64,000 bases of DNA from Ostrea edulis (Eukaryota). Each line of letters starts with the position of its first letter. Position 1 is the first letter of the stretch. The DNA lies in the NCBI RefSeq assembly GCF_947568905.1, contig NC_079166.1, positions 2,170,001-2,234,000 of the forward strand. Direction: 5' to 3'. The notes below the pieces were generated by a model that saw nothing but the letters and a program-made list of their open reading frames with translations, was not told the origin of the DNA and did no database searches. The translations under genes and the position numbers were made by a program. Positions 38,116-49,400 of this stretch are shown piece after piece.

Positions 38116-39444
38116 GTGGATGATGTGTACCAAGTTTGATTTGTTCTAGAGACGATGAAAAAGTGAAGTTTACGGACAGACAGACAAAAGGTGAGTAGAA
38201 TAGCTAACTTGAGCTCTCAACTCAGATATAAGCTAAATCAGAAAATATGAGTGTCAAAGTGTGAAAGCTATTGCAATGTGTTTACACTGACACAAAATGG
38301 GATTTTCATGTGCCCGGCGTATATTAACAATAAACAGGGAGGCTGCAGATGCATTGGCAGTCGCTGGAAATCTGAATTTAAGTCAAAACACTAAAGTTAG
38401 CCCCCCCCCCCCCCTCCCCCCTTCGATTTAGTTCGTCTCCTTATTGTCAAATACTTGCCGATGCCCTTGAACCTAGACTCCGATTTCCTTTTGAATTCGA
38501 ACAAACATTTTGAATGGGGAATCCCAGTTATGGTGATATCTAAATGAAAGATTGGTCCTTCTTTCTTTGGACCTTTTATAAACAGATATATGTTCTTATA
38601 CATGTAGCTTGTTCTCTGTATTTATTATAACTTAAAAAGATACTCGGAATACATTACACGGGAAAGTCTATACTAGCACATCTAGCTAAGATCAGCCTAA
38701 TGTTAGAGCTGATGGGGCTTTCAGTCTTTTCTGAGGATGAAGGTCATATCCCATGGCTAGGACTACAGGCCCGTACCGAGAGGGGGGGGGGGGTGCCCTG
38801 TGAAAACCATTAAGCACTATTAAAGTCGGCTGTGTAAATCATCAAGCACTATTAAAGTCAAATATTTTCTAAAATCGGCCCCCAAACCGCTCGCCGTAAA
38901 TTTATGCACCCCCCCCCCCCACCCCCATTGAAAAAGTCTGGGTACGGGCCTGGACTAGATGTATATTCTTTTGTAGTGAACTCATTACCAAGTGACAAAC
39001 ACGGCTAGATACTGTAATCCCGTAATACGGTGACTGTTACTGTATTATCATACTGCATTTTTTCACAAAGACCCGAAAATTATGGCATTCAGTATACCAT
39101 ATGACCGCTAAACTTCCCGGGAAAATAACTGCTATACAGCTGGGAAAAGAATATTCTTTCAGAGATAAGCTACTGGGTAAGTACGAAGCCTCACCACAGG
39201 CTTTTGAATTTCTATCATTTCGCCGTAAGATGTGTAGTAAGGGTGATGTATTTAAATACACAGATCACCATTAGGCCTACTACACATCTTACGGCGTATT
39301 GAAAGAAATTCAGTGGCCTGTGGTCTCACTAGGCTACATATTCATTTAAATTATCCTCCAATCAATATGACATCGGGTGAAGCACTTACCTCTTTCTCTC
39401 GCAGGGATTTTCTTTCTTATTTTTCTTCCAGAGTCTACTGGCAT
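35249..39444 (-). CDS. ODF3: ODF3/SHIPPO-repeat (CIMAP1-family) ciliary or sperm-tail protein, 240 aa; exons 39444-39390, 37065-36958, 36753-36652, 36565-36354, 35494-35249
   Basis: Five GT-AG exons in phase (723 nt): MPVDSGRKIRKKIPARER-GPGPGRY... with repeated PGPGxY motifs typical of SHIPPO repeats. The exact paralogue cannot be assigned. Confidence 0.88.
37130..37317. repeat. 38-bp minisatellite, 5 copies, in ODF3 intron 1
   Basis: gatggatgtacggagggacaggaacagagaccggaagt units. Confidence 0.95.
37703..38015 (-). mobile_element. SINE-like element with 14-bp TSD and duplicated head, inserted in a HINE-like fragment
   Basis: TSD tttgtcaagtggat at 37689-37702 and 38016-38029. The segment ctgaggacctattctaacccggatcc occurs twice. 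Confidence 0.88.
38766..38952. mobile_element. MITE with 12-bp TIR CAGGCCCGTACC and 5-bp TSD
   Basis: caggcccgtacc...ggtacgggcctg flanked by gacta at 38761-38765 and 38953-38957. Confidence 0.85.
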
Positions 39445-39520
39445 CTTCTTAGAAATAGTGTTTATCTCTGGTAAATAATCTCCTCGATTCAAGAAATGGC
39501 GGGTGTAGATACTTGTCGAA

Positions 39521-39534
39521 GTATCTATGGTGAC
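39521..39534. promoter_or_regulatory. Candidate RFX X-box upstream of ODF3
   Basis: GTATCTATGGTGAC fits the X-box consensus RTHNYYWTRRNRAC at all positions and lies about 80 bp upstream of the ATG of a ciliary gene. Confidence 0.55.
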
Positions 39535-39704
39535 GCTGTCTTAGTCAAATACACGCTTGATGGAAACAAGGCGTCTTGTTGAGCTAGATTTTAAATATGC
39601 TCGGGTTCAAGTCAATAATGTTTGGTGTTTCTTCCAAAATTTATTGCGGCACAGGTTGGCACGTTTGAAAATTCTTACTGCTAAGACCATTGAGTGTTTG
39701 TCAT

Positions 39705-40003
39705 TCATATTATGTCAGTATATTTACTAAGTACAATTCATTATTTACTGCTATTTAAAACGAACATTTCCCACAGTAATATGCATATTTTAGCAGATCT
39801 TTCACATGTACAGGTATCGCTAAATTTACATGTATCTACGTGGGGTAGCCAAACAAATAGCCATTTCTGTTGGAATTCTTAAAATAGACCCACTATACTT
39901 ATCAAGGCGCAATGTTTACAATTTTTAAAGATATCAAAAGCAAGATCATTGGAAAAGTAAATATTCAATGGTAATATTAACCCAGCTCAGCACATTACAC
40001 TAT

Positions 40004-40042
<39 letters not shown>

Positions 40043-40890
40043 CACAAAAGGATCCATTCTAGTATTAAATTCGTGATTCTAAATTACTAAAATTATTACG
40101 TATTTTGAACATTTCAATTTCTTAAAATCTTATGAATTCAGGTTACCTAAATTCATTAATGAACCTACATTTACTTCCTAAAAATGTTACTTAGTACAAC
40201 CCATTTCATTATTCTAAACGCTACGTGATAATTTTAAAGTAGTTACGTGCTGTTGATTACGGCTACATGTACATGGATTCTGTGACGTTTCAGATCAACG
40301 GCTCTCTCAATCTGGAATTCGCAAACCCTGTTCTCATTTTTAGCGTATAGAAATAAGCACAAGAAACTGCAATATAAATACACTGTGTTAGGGAACAATG
40401 ATGATGTTGATAATTTTACATGTTTACAGAATTCTTTACTGTTTTGATATGGGCAAAGTCTCCCTGCCCGGCCCCGGGAAGTACGCCGCCATCAATCCCA
40501 ATGTGAACACAACCATGGCTCCTGTGTACACAATGAGATCTAAATGCCACCCTCCTGGTGATAGTAACAAACCCGGCCCTGGAGCCTACAGCCCAGAGAA
40601 AGTGCGCTATCGCCCCCAGGCTCCCAAATTCTCATTTGGAAGTCGTTACTCCGAGTCCACGTGTGTTTTTATTGCCTGATTAAGGGAGAATGACTTTCAA
40701 CTGCATGGGAATTAAACCATACTGTTTGTTCATTAGTATAAGATTTAAAATCAGTAGATTGAATATAACAGTTTGATTATCTTTTTTTTATGTAATAATT
40801 GTTATTTTGAGTAAATAAATGATACAAAATAACAATGTTCTGTGTAGTGACCTGTTCTTGGTTGTTTTCACGGAGAGTCTGTAAAGAACA
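39705..40890 (+). pseudogene. Inverted partial duplicate of ODF3 (most of intron 4, last exon, 3' UTR); acceptor deleted; intact 76-aa ORF at 40449-40679
   Basis: Reverse-complement homology to about 35045-36318. The exon core differs at only 2 synonymous sites, while the intron copy has many indels. It may be a pseudo-exon or an expressed micro-gene. Confidence 0.85.
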
Positions 40891-42564
40891 TCCAAAAAAA
40901 TTGTAGTGGATGAAAAATATCAGTAAAATTTGATAATTTTAGGGTATCAAAAATTTACTACATTGGAAGAAATTTGAATAATACTAAAAAATTTAAAAAT
41001 CAAACTTAAACATTGGTAATTTGACACAATTTATCATAATTCACACATCCCCACCCCACCCCCCCAACTTGCGTACCTCAAAATACCCCAATTATGAAAA
41101 TCTGCAGTTTAATTGTGTTCTTGTTAAATATCATTCCGATAAATGCGCATACAAAAAAATATCCCATAACAATTTCTCAATCATGATTTATCCAATTAAA
41201 AATCAAGACTTCTTAGATCTGCGCCGTATTCTCTGCGTAAAAAGATTTTTAAATGACCCCTAACCATTTTTGCCTCTTCTCCCATTTGTACAAACTTCAA
41301 TCCCCTTCACCCAAGAGTAATTTATCCCATTAGTCTATTGGTTCTTGGAATATACCACAAAAGTTTTACTTATTCTTTACCGTCTCCGAAGAGCCGCTAG
41401 GCCAGAAAAAATAAAATTTGTAAGAATGCTTCCCGACATAGTGCAGATTCGAGTTTTTCAGATCATGTTCCCAGGGGTAGGGCTACAATAAGTGATCAAG
41501 TTTTGCATGGTGATACATGGTATATCTTTAAAGATTTTCTCAAGAAACAGGACCATAGTTAATCATATTACTAAGCAAGCATCCCCACGCAACACAGAAA
41601 GTAGCATGTTCCAATCACGTCCATTAGGGGGTAGAAATTTTCATAACATGAATTTTATCTTGCAACATTGTATCATGGATATATTGCAACTCTATGGGGG
41701 CAAAGCTGGGGTCAAAAAATTTCAAGGGAATTTTAATGATTGCAAAAAATCTTCTAAAAATCACATTAGCTAAATAGCAGCAGTATCAAGGTGACCCATG
41801 GGCCTCTTGCTTTATACACCCACATATTAAATTATTTTTTTGTTTTGGCTTTCACATGAAACAAGAAAAGGGTTCAATGAAGCTTGATGGGATGCTTAAG
41901 CACTGGTACCTTTACATCATTGCCTTTGGCCCATCTGAGCTTGCTCACTATAACATTAAACTTTTATATAAACTTAGGTGATCAGGATTGATCAACATTC
42001 AACATAATAGTTTAAAGATTTTATAAAAGTTGTACAAGATATTTTGCCATCTGCAATCATTTTGATGATCAGAGTAGCACAAACAAGTCCTACTATATCA
42101 TAAAATTTTCGGGGATGTTCTGTCTGAAACACCCTCCAGTGGGATGGGACCATCCCTTCCCTTAGGCTCTTCGGTGAATGCATCAGCCTACAAATTCAAA
42201 TAGTCCTAGCTATGCCCCCCCCATTGAACTCGACATTGGAAAATACTGTCTGCTCAATATCTTGAAAACCATTTCTTTGATGGAGAGATATCAAACTTGA
42301 TCCATCATAAGGCATAGATGTTTAAAACACAAGCCTGATTAAAATGACAAAGGAAAATCAGTTTTGAAAATAATTTATGATCATGACTTTTACAACAGAC
42401 TTTGAAATATGGGATTTCAATACAGAACAAAACTTAAAACACCTGAAAAGTTCAACAACATCATACTACCCTAAAAGCATGGATATGTTGTAATACTGAA
42501 TGTCTGGAAAAATCAGACATTGTTTCATGAATACATGGCAACATAAATACATCACAGAACTTTG

Positions 42565-42850
42565 GGAATTATAGCTTGTCAATCAATGAAATAAATGAGC
42601 CACAGAGGTTAGGGAATTATAGCTTGTCAATCAATGAAATAAATGAGCCACAGAGGTTAAGGAATTATAGCTTGTCAATCAATGAAATAAATGAGCCACA
42701 GAGGTTAGGGAATTATAGCTTGTCAATCAATGAAATAAATGAGCCACAGAGGTTAGGGAATTATAGCTTGTCAATCAATGAAATAAATGAGCCACAGAGG
42801 TTAGGGAATTATAGTTTGTCGATCAATGAAATAAATGAACCACAGAGGTT
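42565..42850. repeat. 48-bp minisatellite, about 6 copies
   Basis: gggaattatagcttgtcaatcaatgaaataaatgagccacagaggtta. This explains ORF 42576-42917. Confidence 0.95.
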
Positions 42851-43470
42851 ACGAGGAACAGATAGATCGCCAATGCTTTGTGATAATACTGTGTATATGA
42901 ATGAATGTATGACGTAATCTCAGCGCTGGAGATTCCTAATATAATGAGAAGCAACTAGGTATACTTTTATATTGAAAGGTACTAAGTGATAAGTTTGAAC
43001 TTTGGGAGTAAGGGGGTGAGATACACACAATGAAGTGTTGCAAATAGGAGTCATCTTTTGTTCCATACTATAATATCACAAACAAAGACACAATTTTCTT
43101 TTCTTCAATTCTTTCCTGTCTGTGGACTAAAGCGCCTGTCATGGTGGGAAAAGTTGAATTCTTTCAGATAAGACATTGTCACTAAATTGTTTGCATGGGA
43201 GAAGTGTTGAATTCTATCGAGACACTAACACTAAATTGTTTGTGTGGGAGAAGTGTTGAATTCCATCAGTTGAAACACCTCCCTGGGAGAGAGAAGTTTT
43301 GTATTCCATCAAGTCTGTTTAGGAAGGAAAAGTGCTGAATTCTTTAAGATGAGACCAGTGAATTGTCTGTCCGAGAGAGAAGATTGAAATCTATTGCGTC
43401 CATCCAGGAAGAGTGTAACAGAGAAGACCACGTCACTAGCTTAAAACACTAAGCTTACACTTCCATCCTC

Positions 43471-46400
43471 TTACTCTCCTGACACCTATAAAACAAAAAG
43501 AAAAAACAATCCTTATCTTCATATCATACTTAGGATATTTTCATTTAAAAAGGCTCCTATCAAATATTTCAAATTGCTGCACTTTTCACCCCAGAGCAAA
43601 TTGAAAGAGCTACTTACAAATTTCCAATCAACAAATTACAGATGATATATAATACGTAATAATTGCATGATTCTGTACGTATTTGTAAATGTTTTTGTTG
43701 CTCTTTGCAATTGTTACCATCCTGAAGGCCTGTAAGCATGAGAGAACCTTCAATTCATAAATCAAAATGTAATTAAAGAGATGATTTAATACCAGATATC
43801 AGTCTGATTAAAACCTTCAATTCATAAATCAAAATGTGATTTAATACCAGATATCAATCTGATTAAAACCTTCAATTCATAAATCAAAATGTAAATAAAA
43901 GAGATGATTTAATACGTGATATCAGTTTGATTAAAACCTTCAGTACCTTCACACAAATACAAAACGAGCTGGACGTGTACATTTCATTTTGGTTGTAATC
44001 AGTCTGATGAAATACATACAATTTATATCACCATGACTTTGTACAAAGGAGAACATGGCAATATGTTTAATGCCTCGATCACACGAAGAATTTAATTCAC
44101 ATTAAACATAAGTTAATGTGAATTAAATCTGAACCACGACCACATGAAGATTTTAATGCAAATTAGTTTACTCCGAATTAAAATTTACGTCACGATTAAA
44201 TGCAAATCAAATTTACTTCACATTAGCTCTATGTGAACACAGACGTGCTTGGCATAGACATGTCGAGTATTAATACATATGGAAGGTGCTTTTAAATACG
44301 ATAAAAATGTTTTAAAATCGTGATTTTTTTGGTTCTTTTCTTTTTCATTTTGTATTAACAAATATGTCGCTCATGTTTGAATTCCATACCATGACATCAT
44401 AGTAGGCTGATAATACGTATTCGTAATTAAAAATTATGTCACAATATTAGTCAGTGGAATGGTGAAAGTTCATAAATAACATAGTGATTTCTTGGGAACA
44501 TATAAAAACCAACACGACAATTCTCTGTGTGTGTAGATCAGTTACAACTTACCTACATGTACATTGTAAACATGTACACTATATATAGTGTTTTGAACAA
44601 TGAATTCTGTATATATACACAATATTCATTAAAATATCTATAAAAATAATTTTTATTGATATAGTCTATTTTTTTCTTTATTTCGCACACCGTTAATTTA
44701 GAAATGCATTCAAATTTGATACGCATTTATATACAAAGCATTAAATATTACTGCTGTGTGAACGCTATTTAATTCAAATTAATCTAATGCCCATTATTTT
44801 ACTTCGCATTAAATTTAATGCGAAGTAAAATTTGATATGCATCCATGTAAATGAGGCATAAAATTTCCTGTGTTTTGTGAGTCAAAGAAATTTTTATCAA
44901 ATACATGTAAAGTGACTAAAACAAAATTGTAACGCACCTTGCCCACAAAAAGAATCATACTTAAGGAGGAATAGCACACCACAGAAACTCTTCCGGACGG
45001 CAAAGAGGAGGATATATACGTTAAATTTTTAGAAATCGAAAAACTTTAAAATTTACCTACACCAGTGAAAAAAAAGATACATTAAATTTATAGAAATCAA
45101 AAAACTTAAAATTTACCTACACCAGTGGAAAAAAAAATACATTAAATTTATAGAAATCAAAAAACTTTAAAATTTACCTACACCAGTGAAAAAAAAATAC
45201 ATTAAATTTATAGAAATCAAAAAACTTTAAAATTTACCTACACCAGTGAAAAAAATAAAATTTTATTGAAAGTCATCTTTCATGTTTCAAAAAAAAGAAA
45301 GAAAGAAAGAAACCCATGCTTTCCTTCACATTCCTCTGCCTCATGTAATAATATCTCAATGAACTTGCCAATACACTTTAAAAGGACATTAAAGGAATAT
45401 AACACATATGATTTTTTTCCCATCAGTGTCTTGAAAAAAAAAGGTCAGCCATTTAATGATGAGGTGCTATTCCTCCTTTTAAAATACTATTAAACATAAA
45501 CTAGGTCCGATACCATATGGTATATATTCAGGCAGAAGAATTCCAGAAATAGATAGTTTAATTATTCACTAGGCTCTAAATATCGTCGCTATAAATAAAC
45601 AGAAATCCAACACCTGAACCATCACTTGAGAATATATATCACCTTATGAACTGGCCAAATGACGTTCTACAGAATGGGTCTCACAAACAGATGATTGCAC
45701 CAGTGAAAATTTATCTACTTCACTAATACATATATGTATGGTTAGTAATAAATAATTGTGTATAAAAAAATCCAAGTGCCTTAATTACATGAAAGCATTG
45801 CTTACAGAAAATGGCTATAAACATGATCAATTGACTTTTTATCGTATAGTTCACCAAGACAATTTTAACTTTACCTCTTACTGTAGCAATTTCATATATG
45901 GTATTTCTTCTCAGTCAAAGAATCATTACAGTTATGAAAACACAAGCTGATGTATTACTAAGTGCACTAAATGTTTTTCTTGATCATGAATTTGCAGGCA
46001 ATACATGAATACTATTCCTAACTCGCATTGATGTGTTGCAAACTATGCTAGCGATTAAACGATACATGGCTACTGTGTATTGCGTTTATTTACTAACGAT
46101 TAAACGATACATGGCTACTGTGTATTGCGTTTGTTTACTAACGATTAAATGATAGATGGCTACTGTGCATTGCGTTTATTTACACTGCTAAATATTTAGA
46201 TATCCTGGATGTTGACAAGAATTTCAATACACGATACACATATTTGGATACACAGGAAGTTACAGCATCTAATCACCACAGCAATGAGAATTACAATTGG
46301 TGAGAGGAACAAAACATTATGAGGAGCCTTGAGAACACTCACTTTGGTGTAAATGGTCAATACCTTCCACGCCTATCCACATTTATTTCTGAAGTGGAAG

Positions 46401-49400
46401 ATTAGTATCCATATCAGCAATATTTTCTAGTGCTAGTTTTCATTCAAATGAGGCACGAGATACATTAAAATACAATGTATTAAAATTGTATTTGTTTTTT
46501 TTTTCCCTTTCTAATATGATATACAGTGTACATATCTATTTTTTTTCTCCTTAAAAATATGAAAAGATAAGCATCTTTATAGCTTATATATATTTACATA
46601 TTCTTGAATCGTATACTTACATCTTTTCCTCTTTTAAGTTTTACTTCCACCCTACAAAAGTAAACAAAGTGAATATCTATTCATCTGCTTGTTATAAAAA
46701 CAACAATCATGAGACCATGTTGTCCATCATCCTTGAGATTTTGGTCCTTAAAGCTGTATGACCCGATGTTCATGTATTATTTTTGTACATAATTACTTTA
46801 AAGCAGATTAATTACTTTATAAAGTTATTAACTTTCTCTTAATTACACGCTTGAAAACATCTGCATGTAAAAGAAAACAGTGAGAATATTATTTAGAAAG
46901 TAAATAAGTGTGGTACATATATAAATCATCCCATAATAGTCGTCTATAAACAGACCCACGCGCGTCAGGGGAATCCCAACATGATGTATTAACTCATACG
47001 CAACTGTCTAGTTTTAAGGCTGATAGAGCGTAAAACAACCAATTAATAAGAGGTATTTGATATTTTTATATCTATTAAACTTGTGGCATGGTACTGTTGT
47101 AACAAAATACACAGCTTTACACAGATAAGATCACCGATGATCTGAAAGTTTGAACTGGTCATGTGACTGTCACTTGAACTGGCAGTCTGCAGTGCTTGAG
47201 CTGGGCTTCGCCATTTTCGCCAATGGCGAATTTTTTTCAAAATTGGCGAAAAAAAATTTAAAGTGACGAAAATCCCTTTTTGCAATAAATTGTATTTTAA
47301 AATCTGTCTAGTGTTTTCCTTTGTCAGTGACACATTATCGCCAGTTTGTGTATGCAGTCAAAATTTGTTTATTCAATCAACGCATGCGACCGGAAATCTC
47401 GCGTCGCTCCAGTGCACACAGAGCTGGTCACGAAGGCCAGATAATAGCCTCAGGTAATGTATGGCTGCAAAAAAGTCGGTGATCATGTAATAAAGTACAT
47501 TGGACAGTTGTGTACCCTGCTGTGGTCAATTGTTTAACATTTAAAGTCTTATTCATTATTGTGTTATCATCTCCACATTAATGTCAATTCTTAACCACAG
47601 AACCGACCGGTAATTAAATTGGCCGTATTATTGTGTATAATGTATATACATCAATTGTTTGTTTTTGCGGCCAAGCTCGTTGATTACAAGATTTTGATTT
47701 TGATGTGTTTGATTTTAGTTCGAATATTTCATAAACGATGCGGTCGGTCACCATTGATATGGACATAGCAATTTTAATAAATAATTTTCTTTGAAGTTCA
47801 GTGTGCAACAGTATATAAATGCTAATCTCATAAGACTATGCACCATATTCTATTTTGACACTAAACTTTTAGCTTCTGACCCTAGTCAGTCTAAAATTCA
47901 AAAAGTATCTATGTTTGGCTTTACTGTCAACCCCACCTGCTCAAACATCTGATTCTGTCCAAATTGCAAAATCTTTCTTACCAAAACGGAAATTTAATAG
48001 GGAATGGTTGAGATACAACTCTAAATTGGGCTTGATGTTTTGTGACATCTGCATTTCGGGCAATGTACACAATGTTTTCACTGAGGGGTGTAGCATCATG
48101 AAGTTTATATGATTTATAATCTGATTTTGATTTCAATAATAGAATTTATCAAACAAATCAACTTATTATTTCAGAAAGAAGTGTTTAGGTATGGTAGCTG
48201 GATATGATTAAGTAATGTAACTGATTCAAAATGCTAAAATCAGTGTAATGAATAAAATAATATGATGGAAATAATTGTAAAGCACTAGATTATTTGCGCT
48301 GCACCGCACCCTGAAAAAGTGGCGAAAGGGAATTTTGGTCCAGTGGGAGCACTGGCAGTCTGACGCGGTTATTTGTAAACATTGATTTAAAATCAAATAA
48401 TTTGGGTTAAAACAGGTGAACTAATGTATGATATGTCATACAGCCCCATAACTACATACGTGTGATGATTTAATAGCCTTTTTACGAGATGGAAAATAAT
48501 ACTGTCATTCGGACCATACAGCTTTAATGGAAACAAGAGGTACTGTGAGCAATGCTCACTAAGAATACCCCCCGCTTACCCCAATCTCCCAAAGGGTGTT
48601 GGTAATAGGTATAAACTACCTCTTTTCTGAGTGTAAAAAACAAATGGCATGACAAACCGAACCATATTGCTACTTCGATGTCCAGTGCGCGTGACCTTTG
48701 ACCTTTTGACCCCAAAATCAATAGGGAACATCTTCATCCCATGGGTAGTCCATATGTATGATATGGTGACTGTAGGTGGAAAGGATAACGCTTTAGAGCC
48801 CGGAAACCATATTGCTACTTCGATGTCCAGTGCGCTTGACCTTTGACCCCAAAATCAATAGGGAACATCTTCATCCCATGGGTAGTCCATATGTATGATA
48901 TGGTGACTGTAGGTGGAAAGGATAACGCTTTAGAGCCCGGAAACCATATTGCTACTTCGATGTCCAGTGCGCTTGACCTTTGACCTTTTGACCCCAAAAT
49001 CGATAGGGAACATCTTCATCCCATGGTTAGTCCATATGTATGATATGGTGATGGTAGGTGGAAAGGATAATGCTTTAGAGTCCGGAAACCATTACGTCTA
49101 CAGACGCACGGACGGACAACCCGATTCCAATATACCCCCCCCCTCCCCCAACTTGTTGCGGGGGGTATAATAAGAAAACATTGGTGAAAACAAACAATCC
49201 CCTTAAATTTCCAACAGAATTTCTTCCAAGAGAGAAAATTGTGCAATTTATTCAACTCCCCTTTCAATGAAGGTAATTCTACCCTAAGGATTGTAAAAGT
49301 AATTCTGCCCTAGGGATTGTAAAAGTAATTCTGCCCTAGGGAATTAAAAGTAATTCTGCCCTAGGGATTGTAAAAGTAATTCTGCCCTAGGGATTGTAAA

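Noticed and set aside
42576-42917. 113-aa ORF with SINEINEPQRLGNYSL repeats
   Set aside because: It is a by-product of a 48-bp (multiple of 3) minisatellite; there is no splice or promoter support.
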